From NCBI RefSeq assembly GCF_009914755.1, contig NC_060926.1: a stretch of 64,000 nucleotides of DNA; one strand, written 5' to 3'. Below, piece by piece: positions 41,796 to 53,639 of this stretch. The translations under genes were made by a program, and so were the position numbers. Position 1 is the stretch's first letter; the number at the start of each line of letters is the position of its first letter. This stretch comes from the human T2T-CHM13v2.0 reference genome, Homo sapiens. The notes below the pieces were generated by a model. The model was given only the letters and a program-made list of their open reading frames with translations. It searched no databases and had not been told where the DNA came from.

Positions 41796-42366
41796 GGTGT
41801 AAATGTGCCACATTTTCTTAATCCAGTCTATCATTGTTGGACATTTGGGTTGGTTCCAAGTCTTTGCTATTGTGAATAGTGCCGCAATAAACATATGTGT
41901 GCATGTGTCTTTATAGCAGCATGATTTATAATCCTTTGGGTATATACCCAGTAATGGGATGGCTGGGTCAAATGGTATTTCTAGTTCTAGATCCCTGAGG
42001 AATCGCCACACTGACTTCCACAATGCAGCCATAAAAAATGGTGAGTTCATGTCCTTTGTAGGGACATGGATCAAGCTGGAAACCATCATTCTCAGCAAAC
42101 TATCGCAAGGACAAAATACCAAACACTGCATGTTCCCACTCATAGGTGGGAACTGAACAACGGGAACACATGGAAACATGAAAGGGAACATCACACACCG
42201 GGGCCTGTTGTGGGGTGGGGGGAGGGGGGAGGGATAGCATTAGGAGATATACCTAATGTTAAATGATGAGTTAATGGGTGTAGCACACCAACATGCCACA
42301 TGTATACATATGTAACTAACCTGCACGTTGTGCACATGTACCCTAGAACTTTAAGTATAATAAAAA
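41796..42366 (+). mobile_element. L1PA4/5-like 5'-truncated L1 with 5' inversion (41796-42025 antisense; 42023-42366 sense)
   Basis: Antisense ORF2 end ([19 protein letters not shown]...) joined to sense atgcagccataaaaaatg...3' UTR; TSD ttgtcaaaacat on both sides. Confidence 0.95.
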
Positions 42367-43294
42367 AAATTGTCAAAACATATGAACATGCACTTTACCA
42401 AAGAAGACATATGGATGGCTGATAAGCAAATGCAAAAATGCTCAATGTCATTCATCTTCGGGGAAATGCAAATTAGAACTACAATGAAATACCTTCTCAT
42501 ACTCACTAGCATGGTTAGAAACCTGGTTCATTGTATGATGAATAATAAATCACCATCCTTCACTTAAACCACACATAAAAGTAACCTTTTAAAGCTTAAA
42601 AATGTAAATATTAGAGGAAAATTATTAAGTGCATAGAATATGTACCCAAACATCTTTATGGTATAAGGCTAGTGTAGATTTCCTAAATAAGACTCCCAAA
42701 AGCATAAAATTTAAAACTCATAAAGTTTAAACCGGTGACTACATCACGACTCAGGGAAAGAGCAGTATCTCAACAGAGAAGGAATCAGGAGCGGGAGCAC
42801 GTGAATCAAAGGTGAATCGAATGAATGGCCAGCTCTTCTGCTAACTTCCTGATTCATCAATTCTTATCTCAGCACAGTATTTTTTCCAGAAACTATTATC
42901 AATTCTCTTTCTTGCTATTGCCATTTTCCTTGAGGAATATTCAAACTATTTTCCTAAATACTGTATTCTTAAAATTTCACTTCCAATTTTGGCAGAGCCA
43001 TCCTGCTGACTAATCTTCCCACCAGGAATGAGAACCACTGGACAAAAGAAGAGATGTCTTCCAGGCGCTATCTCAGACTCACCAAGGGGCCGCATTCTGG
43101 ACAGAAGAGAAGCAGGTTGAGGCAGGCCTGGCTTTTTGTGGGGTTCTCCCTTTCTGGGCATTTGCTAGTGCAGTGTTATCTAGGGCTGGAGAGTCCAGAG
43201 AGCTGACCTTAAAGACATGGGTGACAGCCAAACCATATGCTGAGTTCTGAGCAGACAAACACAGCTGTCCAGAAAAAATTCAGCACTCAAGGTT

Positions 43295-43645
43295 ACTCCC
43301 ACTGCTATAAAGATACTACCTAAGCCTGGGTAATTTATAAACAAGAGGTTTAATTGACTTAGAGGTCCACATGGCTACGGAGGCCTCAGGAAACTTACAA
43401 TCATAGTGGAGGTGAAAGGGAAGAAGGACCTTCCTCACAAGGTGGCAGGAGAGAGAGTGAGAAAGAGCGGGGAAGTGCCACACTACAGCCATCAGCTCTT
43501 ATAAGAACTCACGCACTATCATGAGAACAGCATGGGAGAAAATGCCCCCATGGTCCAATGATCTCCCACCAGGTCCCTCCGTCGACACGTGGGGATTATA
43601 AATTGAGATGAGATTTGGGTGGGGACACAGAGCCAAAGCATATCA
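43295..43645 (-). mobile_element. THE1D/MSTA-like MaLR solo LTR
   Basis: actgctataaagatactacc...gaggtttaattgact...gagatttgggtggggacacagagccaaagcatatca. Confidence 0.92.
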
Positions 43646-44038
43646 CCAAAATGGCAGGACCAGAGGGGCCTAGATTCTGAAAGGATGGAGCTTTCTCAGG
43701 TGGGTCTCGGAGCATGTGCAGCTTTCTCCCTGAATGAAACGTCTGCAGTTTGTAAGTGGCTCAGGCCTGGAAAACAAGAGACCATGGAGAGCTGTGGTTC
43801 AGAGGTCGCCAAACAGCCCCTTGGCTGGGGCTAGCCCATTTGGCTGCCTGTAGGCTGGGGACCATAAGCAGGAGTTCGGCTCCGTGAAGGAACAGGTACA
43901 GGCCAATGCCTGGGCTTTGAGATCAAACCCCTAATGAATTGTTCCACACAGAAACTGAAACCCCACTTCAGACCAGCAGAAACAAGAGCAGATCTGTGGG
44001 ACCTGCCTCCTCTCTGATGGCAGCCAGGACACGGAAAT

Positions 44039-44260
44039 GAATGCTTAGCCAAGGCGGTCAGTGTGCTCCGGCCTGGACTCTCCGTGGCCTCACACATCGT
44101 ATCCGGCCTAGGCCAGAAAGTGCATGCTTCGTCAAGGGGGCCAGCATGATCTGCAGACTCACACATCATATCTGGCTACAGCCAGAAAGGGAATGCTTAG
44201 CTAAGGTGGTCAGCGTGCTCTGGCCTGGACTCTCTACAGCATCACACATTGTAACTGGCT
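44039..44260. repeat. Old diverged tandem triplication (~70-80-bp units)
   Basis: atgctt.g..aagg ... tcacacat..ta.c.ggc occurs three times; units 1 and 3 are most similar. Confidence 0.8.
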
Positions 44261-44657
44261 GCATTTGTTTGCTAGGGTTGCTGCATAACAAAATATCACA
44301 CACTGGGTGTCTTAAGCAGCGCAACTGTGTTCTCTTGTGATTTGGGAGGACAGACGTTCGAGATGAAGGTGGGGGCAGAGTTGCATTCTCCTGGGGCTTC
44401 TTCCGTTCATGGGTGGACGGCAGCCTTCCTGCTGTGTCCTCACGTGGTCATCCCCTATGTGCGGCTCTGTGTCCTCCTTTCCCCTGGACATAAGAAGTCA
44501 CAAGACCCCCCATCATCCTGGATCAGCCCACCTGAATGACCTCATTTTCACTTGATTATGTTTTCAAAGGCTCCATCTTCAAATAAGGTCACATTCTCAA
44601 TTACTGAGGGTCAGGTGTCAACTTATAAATTGGTGGTCACCATTCAATTCATAGCAT
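44260..44657 (-). mobile_element. MLT1A/B-like MaLR LTR
   Basis: tgctagggttgctgcataacaaaatatcacacactgggtgtcttaa ... aatgacctcattttcactt ... caattcatagca. Confidence 0.85.
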
Positions 44658-44737
44658 AGCATTCAGTTAAAGATTACCAAGTAAACCAGTGAGAGGACAA
44701 AGCAAACTAAAAATAAAAGGAGAGTAGAGAAGAGAAG

Positions 44738-46354
44738 TAATGGCAGGGGAGGCCCATCTAGAGCAGCCAGAAGCCGCTGCAGAGGGGAGGCACGGCAGAG
44801 GCTGCACATTCCACAGAGCCAGTGGGAGCCAGGACAGGTGGGATCCCTGACCCCTCTGAGTTGATGGGGTGGGAGCAGGCAGGACACCCATGTCATGGCT
44901 GCAGACCCAGGCCTCCTGCTCCACAGAGCAGGCAGGATCCACACCCCCATGTGTGCAGCTGCAGCCACCGAAACCACGGCTGTGGACCCAGGCATCTCTG
45001 CACTCTTGGGGGCCCAAAAATGCCTCCTCTGACCTCACAGGCTCAGAAGTTCCTGCTCCTGCTGCCTGGCTTCTCCCTGCTGTTGGCACTCACTCCAATC
45101 TTGGAGCAAAGTTAGGGCCAAGCCCAGGCACTGTCTCAGCCTGGCTGGGTGTGCACATGCTCCAGGCAGTGCTGATACACCAGCCCCCTGCTGCCTCAGC
45201 CCACCTCCAGACTTTGGGCACCAAGGAGCATAGGAGGGAAGCCAAGGGGAGGCTGAAGGCAGCTCAGGGCTGGCCTGCATGCATCCTTGGCACCTACAGT
45301 CTGGGCGCCATGAAGCATGGCAGGAGGCAGGCAGGTTCCTGAGCAGAGGGGACAGGTCCCTGGTGAGGCCTCACCTTCAGACCAGGAAGGGCCTGAAGGT
45401 TTGGGGTCTTGCAAACCAAAGTGAAAACTTGTGGTGTCTTTTCTGGGCCTGCCCATGGCTGCCCACGGATCATTTGGCATTCACTTCCTCCCCTCTGAGG
45501 CCCATAAAAGCTCTGGGCTCAGCCAGAGGTGAGCAGACATCTGGATGACCTGCTGCAGAGAGGAGCTACCCACTCCAGGGCCTCCTCTCTGCTAGGAGCT
45601 GGGGAGATGGTGGGATGACCTGCCACAGAGAGGAGCTACCATCTGCTAGGAGCTGGACACTCATCGGGGCACTCTGGCTGTGGAAAGGAGCTATCCCCTT
45701 CTCTGAGCTGTTCTATCACTCAATAAAGCTCCCCTTCATCCTGCTCACCCTCCACTTGTCTGCATACTTCATTCTTCCTGGTCACAGGACAAGAATTTGG
45801 GACCTACCGAGTGGCATGGCTAAAAAAGCTGTCATAAAAATGGGGCTGAAATACTCCCCTTGCTCACTACATTGCAGGCAAAGAGAGTGAGAGAAGCGCT
45901 GTGGCCCTCTGGGGATCCCAGACCTCAGAGCTCCCCAAGCCAAGGCTGTGACTACCTCTTTGAGGCCCTGCAGTTCTTGGTGTCTTCAGGCCTCCAAGTG
46001 CCACTGCATTCCCCAGTGCCAGCCATGGAAGCTGCTTGTGGTGTGCCTAGTCAAGCCGCAGCCTTGCAGAGAGCTGGCACCCATGCTGGTACCTGGAGCT
46101 GCCCGCCCCACTGCAGCAACCGGTGTGCTGACTGCACACTGGCTGGACTCCACACTCCCTCATGCACCCCTTGCTGCTCCATGCTTGACTTGCCCTTAAC
46201 AGGCACGGACCCAGGCTGGTTGTGTGAGTGGAGCACAGCGTGCTAGGCCAAGTGGGGAGAACCAGCACAGTGGGCTTGAGCAAAACTCAGGCAAAGGTGC
46301 CACCAGCCACAGAGGTTTCTGGACCAAAAAACGACACCCAAAGACCCTGTAAGA
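44738..46354 (+). mobile_element. MER52-like ERV1 solo LTR (~1.6 kb)
   Basis: Start taatggcag...agccgctgcag; cccataaaa TATA-like site at about 45501; caataaagctc polyA at 45721; end ccagccacagaggtttctgg...ccctgtaaga; TSD gaag/aaag. Confidence 0.88.
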
Positions 46355-46605
46355 AAAGGACAAGAGAAGCTGATCAGGGAGCACCAGCCTCTGTGGTGAA
46401 GAGACGCAGATTACAATGAAGGTGTCCTCCAAGAATACCAGCCATGAGGTGGAGGAGCCAATCAGACACAAATTATCTTTTTCAAAAAATGCAACAAATG
46501 AAAGTTGTGTAACTGGAAAATAAAATAATTGCAGCTAAGCACCAAACACGTGGGTATTGGAAGTGATTGAGATAGTCAACTGGATGGCACATAAAGCAGA
46601 AAATA

Positions 46606-47867
46606 TTAGGTTGGTGCAAAAGTAATTGTGGTTTTGGACCATGAATTTTAAATCATTATAACTAGGTTCAAACACATCTTCATGAATCAAAATAGGAACC
46701 ATTACAATAAGCACATTTTTTGCCAAGGAGAAATAAGTTTGTTTATTCCCATAGCATAAAAATCCATGCTTCAGGATTTGACGAGCTCTTGGAAAACATT
46801 TTCTGCATCCTGTTGGGTGTGGAAGTGTTTTCCCTGCAAAAAGTTGTCAAGATGCTCGAAGAAGTGGTAGTCGGCTGGCAAGAGGTCAGGTGAATATGGC
46901 AGATGAGGCAAAATTTGTAGCCCAATTCATTCAACTTTTGAAGTGTTGGTTGTGAGACGTGTGGTCAGGCATTGTGGTGGAGAAGAGTTGGGTCCTTTTT
47001 ATTGACCAATGCCAGCTGCAGGCATTGCAGTTTCTCGTGCATCTCATTGGTTTTTTGAGCATGCTTCTCAGGTGTAATGGCTGCACTTGGATTCAGAACG
47101 GTAGTGGATCAGACGGGCACAGACCACCAGTGACCAGGACCTTTTTTGGTGCAAGTTTGGCTTTGGGAAGTGCTTTGGAGCTTCTTCTCAGTCCAACCAC
47201 TGAGCTGGTCATCACGGGTTGTTGTATAAAATCCACTTTTTGTCGCACGTCACAGTCTGATTGAGAAACGGTTCGTTGTTGTGTAGAATGAGAAGACACT
47301 TCAAAATGACAATTTTTAAAAAAAATTTCACTCAGCTCGCGAGGCACCCACTTATTAAGCTTTCCACCTTTCCAGTTTGCTTCAAATGCCAAACGACCGT
47401 AGAATGGCCGACGCTGAGTTCTTCGGCAGCTTCTTGTGTGGTTGTAAGAGGATCAGCTTGATAATTGCTCTCAATTGGTCATTGTCAACTTCCGATGGCC
47501 TGTCACTACGCTCTTCATCTTCAAGGCCCTCATCATTTTGCAAAACCTCTTGAACCACCACTGCACTCTACGTTCGTTAGCAGCTCCGAGGCCAAATGCA
47601 TCGTTGATGTTTCAAGTCGTCTCAGCTACTTTATGACCCATTTTGAACCTGAATAAGAAAATTGCTTGAATTTGCTTTTTTCCTAACATCATTTCCATAG
47701 TCTAAAATAAACGTTAAATAACAGCAAGTAATAAGTCATTAGCAAAAAAACATAAAGTGAGAAATGCTCATTAAAATGATGCATAACGTAACCACATGTA
47801 TTTTAAAATGTTTTCCAATATCAAATGGCAAATTCCAACAATGCAAACAGCACAATTACTTTTGCAC
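46606..47867 (-). mobile_element. Hsmar1 mariner DNA transposon, near full length
   Basis: TA followed by TIR ttaggttggtgcaaaagtaattgtggtttt at 46606; partial opposite TIR caattacttttgcac ending at 47867; transposase motifs between. Confidence 0.96.
46680..47698 (-). pseudogene. Decayed Hsmar1 transposase
   Basis: Minus strand reads MEMMLGKKQIQAIFLF at 47698, then WVPREL, VTCDKKW, LLHHNA*PHV, PYSPDLLPADYHFF and NGSYFD; frameshifts and stops are present. Confidence 0.93.
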
Positions 47868-47940
47868 TCACAGGCTGAACACAGAAGAAAAGAGGATGGA
47901 AAACATTTTAGGAAATAAAAATAATGGCAGAAAAGAGGGC

Positions 47941-48288
47941 ACCAGCACACAGGCGGAACCAGCACACAGGTGGAACCAGCACACAGGCGGAACCAGGCGC
48001 TGCTCCAAGAAGACACAGTGTCGAGAGACCATTCATCCCTGAAAACAGGAGGACACCAGCACACAGGCGGAACCAGCACACAGGAGGAACCAGCACACAG
48101 CTGGAACCAGCACACAGGCGGAACCAGGCGCTGCTCCAAGAAGACACAGTGTCGAGAGCCAACACCAGCACACAGGTGGAACCGGCACACAGGCGGAACC
48201 AGCACACAGGCGGAACCAGCACACAGGTGGAACCAGGTGCTACTCTAAGAAGACACAGTGTCGAGAGACCATTCGTCCCTGAAAACAG
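47941..48288. repeat. Nested minisatellite: (17-bp accagcacacaggcgga) x3-4 plus a constant spacer, three blocks
   Basis: Spacer accaggcgctgctccaagaagacacagtgtcgagag follows each run of 17-mers. Confidence 0.96.
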
Positions 48289-48328
48289 GTTTGAACTTTC
48301 TTCTGAGTTCTTTGTAATTTGACTTTAT

Positions 48329-48833
48329 TATTGCCAACCTAAATAAGAGACAGAAAGACCCTCTGAAGAAAAGAATATTTGTTTGGGAATTGAGCATTGC
48401 AATGGGAGTCAGTGAATACATTCAGGGAGGTCAAGGAAGACAAGAATTTTTAAAGAAAACGTAAGTTGTTTGGAGACAATTATCCTTGCCTACAAGGGCC
48501 CATAGCAAGGGTGGTGCCGGTGTGGGGTGGGACAGGCAGGTGCTGGGCAGATGTCCTCACAGAGGTGCTTTCTGACTGAGGTCTCCGGGGCTTTTGTGCG
48601 TGGATGTCGTGTCTGTAGGGTCTTTAGCTCTTGTTGTCAAGGCATTCGTGCAGCAGAGCCCTTGCGAGGTCCTTGGGGCTTTTGTGCATGGATGTGGTGT
48701 TTGCAGAGTCTTTGGTGATAGTTCTTGCTGTCAGGCATTCGTGCAGCAGAGCCCTCCTTCCAAGGCCTTCCCCAGCTCAGCTCATCCAGGTTTTAACAAA
48801 AGCGACTCCACTTTCATTCTGACAACTTTCACC
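48329..48833 (-). mobile_element. MER31/MER67-like ERV1 solo LTR with internal ~88-bp repeat
   Basis: The minus strand starts gtgaaagttgtcagaatgaaagtggagtc, like the recalled MER31/67 5' end; repeated block at about 48587 and 48675. Confidence 0.65.
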
Positions 48834-51042
48834 ATATTTGAAAAAAAGTGTAGAAAATAGGTAACATTTGTCGGGCTGTTTCACTGCTAGTCAAGGCTTC
48901 CAGTTTAAGGACTGACCCACTCCACACACTGGAGAAGCTGTAGAAATGGCCCTCGCCTGGGAGTCACAGGGAGGATCCCAGCTGTTGTTGTCTTTAACTG
49001 ATTGCTTAATTTTTCTTATTTTTAATTTTTTGTCCCATGAATGGAAGAGCTAGACAATCTTACCGTTTTTAAATTCTTTGATATTATAAAGTGTTCCAAA
49101 TCTATTTAGAGCACACATTGTATATTTTATCCTCTCTGACCTCAAAGTACAAAATAGTATGCTCATTTGCATAATGTATATGTTTAAATTAACAGATGTT
49201 TCCATTATATACATTATTTTTTTCTAAATCGGTATTTTTCCATCTTAGCAGCAACCTTTTAACTCCAGTAACAAAAGTTTAAGATTAAGTTCTGAGAATT
49301 TGATACAAGAGAAAAGATGTAGGCTATTAAATTTATAATTCATCACATACATTGTCAAATTTAAAAGTGAGTAACTGGCATTTTTGCAGTATAGTGTAAT
49401 TCAAGATAGGATAATTACAAAATTTGGTATTTTATAACTAAACAGTAGGAGAGTTAATGTTCTCCATTTATATATGGAAATGTTAGCATGACTTACATAT
49501 TTTTAATTATCTAATGATGGATCTTTAGAGTATGCTGCATCTCTAGAGAAATTCATTTTTATATACTCTTCTATTATAAACACCTTGACAAAGGCCACTT
49601 AACACATTTCAAGAAACATAAATGTATTTTTAATGGAAATAACCCTCTTAGTGACCTTTCCAGTAGAGTCTACTTTTAAGAATAATTATTCGCTTACCAG
49701 CGAGAGGATTTAAACTTTAAAAGCAGAAACACTCGACGATTTGGCATTTGCAAAGCCCGTAAGAGAATGCAGACATTCTGGTGAATCAACTCTCTGGCTG
49801 ATCACACTCGTCAAGCTTCCAGTTGCAAATGAGCAGGTGAGGAAGTGTAAGGTGGGCGTGTGGCCCTCCAGAGCCATGGAGAAGATGCTGTCTCGAGGGA
49901 AGAGCCGGTGCAGAGACTCGGTGCTCCAGGCAGGCCCGGTGACTTGGAAGCTGAGTGGGGCTGGGCTCCGAGGCGTATGGCAGATGCTGAGGCCAGGCCT
50001 TTGGCACGTACTGAACTGAGTGAGGTCTGCGGCCAGAAAGGGAGGAAACAAACCACAGGGAAGGAAAGGCCTGGCCACCTGTTCCTGTCCCAGTGCCCAC
50101 GTGTGGAGTTGTCAAATGATGCCCCATAGGTTATTTTGCCTTTGTGGGAGACGAACCATCTGTAAAACCTTGTTTTTGGCTTATTGCTCAAAACAGTTGG
50201 TGCCTTAGACAAAATGGATCAGCTCCCAGTGGGAACTGGCTGTCTTGTAGAATTCACAGACGCTTTGCTATCCCGGAGCCTGGAAATCTGAAGTGGGCGT
50301 TCTATGATTTTTCACAGCAGGAGGCATTTTATTTGGGTTGATTCCATGTCGTTCAAGAACATCCTGCGCTCTGGTTTTCGCAGCTAGAAGAAAAGGAAAC
50401 ACAGCAAGCAAATAGCTCTTTTCCACAGCTGCTGAAAAGGAATAGACACAACATCAGGCGTGGGATTCTCCCTGGAAGCCCCCCGGATGGTCTGCAGTGC
50501 TGATGGCCACATGCTATTAAACAAAATTTACTTTACTTTGATCGAGTGCCTGATTCATAGCTCTGCAGCTCCTACGCAAGCTGCACAGTGAGGCTCCTAA
50601 TGTATTGAGATACTGACAGCGGGAGGAAGAACGGTGTGGAAAAAACACACCTGACGCTTGCCACCAACTGGCCTAGAGAACACAGGACCGGGTATCAGGT
50701 CACCCGGCACACACGCAGACTCCACATACAAGGGACACACTCAGTGTGGACCAGGGAAGACGGGGACGGAGGCAGGGGCTCACCAACTGTCACTAAAGGC
50801 ACCCACAGGGCCACCAGGACCTCCATGGCCCAGGCACGTGGAGTCAGGAGCTGCAGCGGGTGGACCTGGAACTTAATTTTACAAGGAATGGCCCACAGAG
50901 CCTGCCCTGGGGGCCCTGGGGGGAGCTGGCACGGGCGGGAATGATGGGCCAGAGTCACCAGCTCGTTCCTAACCTGGAACAGCCTGCCCCGCAGGGCCCC
51001 AGGGCTCTGTCTGGAGGAGTCTGGCCCAACAGTGAAAGCCCT

Positions 51043-51429
51043 TGGTAAAAGAAAAACTTCAGGCAAATTAAGTTGAACAGAGTTTAACCGAGCAATGATC
51101 GGGCAGCCTTCCCAGCCGGAGGAGGCTCAGAGACTCCAGCGCAGCTGCGTCGGGGAGGAAGATTTATGGACAGGGAAGGGAAAGTAACAGACAGAAACGG
51201 ACGTGAGGGACAGAGACAGCTGGACTGATTACAGCCCGCATTTGCCTTATTTTAACAGGGTTCAAACAACTGGCTACGTCTGAGTGGCCAAATCTCGGTG
51301 ATTGGCGCAAGTATAGGCTACAGTCTGTGTACAACTCCGCTTAGGTTATAGCTCACCACGTACAGAGAAACCTCTAGGCCGAACTTAAAATATGTAAGGA
51401 GGCAGCTTTAGGCCACACTTGATTTGACA
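51043..51429 (-). mobile_element. MER57-like ERV1 solo LTR
   Basis: aggccgaacttaaaatatgtaaggaggcagctttaggc is the antisense of the recalled MER57 5' end; TSD ccct/ccca. Confidence 0.88.
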
Positions 51430-52409
51430 CCCAGGAGTGGGGGCCCTCCACTCCCTCAGGCCCCTGGGAACAGGCCTTGGGCACCCTCCCTGCTCCCGCA
51501 CAAGGCCTGACTCCAGGCAGTCCTGAGGCCGCATCCTGCACTGCGCTGCGGGATCCTGGCTGCTCTCTTCCCGCCTGGAAGACTTTGCACAGCCACGCAT
51601 CCCTACCACTACCCAGGGATCCCGGGAAGCGAGCAGCCCAGCAGCTGTGGGAAACACCAGCCCCTACAACCTTCCTTGAAAGCTCTGCCGGGGCCGGCTG
51701 CTGTAGTGGGGACTTCAGTCTGGTGAATCAATATTACGTTGCGTGGAACGTGAACATGGACGCCACTCCGTCCGGGATTCAGCGCAGCGGCACTCTCTCT
51801 GCTCCACTATTAGGAAAGACGTGCCTGGAATAAGGAAAATCATTCCTTTTTTTTTTTTAAGGAATCAAGGGTCATGGGCTCCCCTTGGAAGTAGCTTGAG
51901 GCTCCATACGGCTGACAGTGCCAGCTGCACCCCCAGGAAGGTGTGCTTGCCTTTGAGTTGGGTGGGGTACATCTAGAGTGGGGCTCTGGAACCCGGCTGC
52001 TGGGGTGACAGCCCCACACAGCCCCTGAGGCTGTGAACCTGGGTGAGTGAGCCAGGCCCCCTGCAGCTGCCTGCACCCATCCGGCTGTTTCTGGCTCCTT
52101 CTCACCTGATGAGTTGGTGTTGAGCCCAGACCAGTTATGACCTAGAGGGAGGGGGAGGCCTTGACTGTTCCTACAGAGCCCAGTATGAAGTAATTCTCAA
52201 AATCCGACTGTTTTAATGTTTGAATGTATTTGAGTGTGTTTAATTGGTTCAAAATTTAAAATAAAAAATAAGTAAGTAAAATCCCACCTTGTCTACTTGT
52301 TCACCCAGCAACAGAACTCCCTGTCTGAAGTTAATTGCTTTTTCTGTGTCTTCTGGATGATCCCAGAAACAGTCCATCCATGTGCAACAAATAACAGCAA
52401 ATAGCATCC

Positions 52410-52412
52410 ATG

Positions 52413-52451
<39 letters not shown>

Positions 52452-52688
52452 TCCCCTGTTTATAGACAGGGAGGTGCCCCTGCACACACACAGTGCACAG
52501 TGCATACTACATGTATATATGTGTGTTTATATATATATTCCCCTGTTCATAGACAGGAAGGTGCCCCTGCACACACACAGTGCACAGTGCATGCTACATG
52601 TATACATATATGTGTGTATATATATAGTCCCGTTTATAGACAGGAAGATGTCCCACGCACACAGTGCACAGTGCATGCTACATGTTCT
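52410..52688. repeat. 87-bp tandem repeat x3 with embedded (TG)15 microsatellite (52419-52448)
   Basis: atagacagg anchors at 52462, 52549 and 52636. Confidence 0.93.
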
Positions 52689-52735
52689 GCATTACACCTG
52701 TTGTATGTTACACACTGTATGATACAGCATATTGT

Positions 52736-53527
52736 TGAAACTGGAGAATTCTCTGAATTCCCCTCGCAGGACATACTACAGGAGTGTGGCTCACCTGTTT
52801 GGCCACCTTGCAGCTCAAACCCCTAGCAGGAGCATGCAGAGGGGCAGGGGCAGAAGCTGGGGCAAGGACTTTGGGCTCTTGGCCCTGCAGTAGTTTCTAG
52901 AGGTGAGTGCGTGCAACCCCCGTGTCACAGAGCTCTCTCAGCTTGGCTGCCTGTACATGGCTTGAGTGTTAACCAGCTCAGCAGACCTTCTGCCTTATCA
53001 CAGGGCAGAGAGCCAATGGGACAGCCTTCTGTATCCCGAGCTCTTGTCTAGCGTCCTGGAAGAATCGAATCACAAGCAGGATCGAAGGATGAGTGCAGGG
53101 TTCTGTTGAGTGGTGAAGGTGGCTCTCAGCAGATGGACGGGGAGCTGGAAGGTGGAGGAGCGGGGGAGATCATCTTCTCCTGGAGTTTGGCTGTTGTCAG
53201 TGAACTCCTCTTGGTGTTCAGGTGCCTCTTCCCTCCTTCTCTGCCGGGCCACAGTGTTGCTCTCTGCCTCTCTCCACCGCTCTCTGCTGCTCTCTGCCAC
53301 TTCTCTTGACATTCAGCAGTTTGTGTGTCTGCCTGCTAAGGTCTCGGGTTTATATGGGCACAGGATGGGGGGTGTGGCAGGCCAGAGTGGTCTTGGAAAT
53401 GCAACATTCAGGTGGGAAAACAGAAGTGCCTGCTCTCACTTAGGTCCGTGGACACAGGCCCGAGGGTGGAGCCCTCACTGGGAGCCTGCCCTTCTCTACC
53501 CAGCCCTTTCCTGCCCCTCCTGTATCA
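52736..53527 (-). mobile_element. LTR1-family ERV1 solo LTR
   Basis: The minus strand begins tgatacaggaggggcaggaaagggctgggtagagaagggc and ends ...ccagtttca; TATAAA at 53354-53349; TSD ttgt/tcgt. Confidence 0.88.
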
Positions 53528-53639
53528 TCGTGACCTACATTGTGCACTGTCTATTATATGTTGCTTATAACATATTATTCATATTCTGCTAATGTTTTCC
53601 AACTTTAATTCTTATACACACAAAAACACATGATGCACA

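Larger units (their letters stand above)
38735..42520 (+). mobile_element. Old L1M(B-like) ORF2 segment hosting an Alu, an MLT1, an inverted L1PA and a local duplication
   Basis: Collinear L1 ORF2 landmarks: ctaaagcagtgcttagaggaaattttatagc; caggcccagatggt; tcaatagatgcagaaaaagca; aaatacgtaggaataaatttaac. Confidence 0.85.

Noticed and set aside
44663-46471. Many ORFs suggesting retroviral genes
   Set aside because: They lie in or overlap a solo MER52-like LTR; no gag/pol/env motifs or internal region are present.
46680-47698. SETMAR gene or functional transposase
   Set aside because: No SET-domain exons; there is an in-frame stop, frameshifts and a lost second catalytic Asp.
47941-48288. CRISPR-like repeat/spacer appearance
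   Set aside because: Spacers are copies of each other rather than unique, there are no cas genes, and the context is primate DNA.
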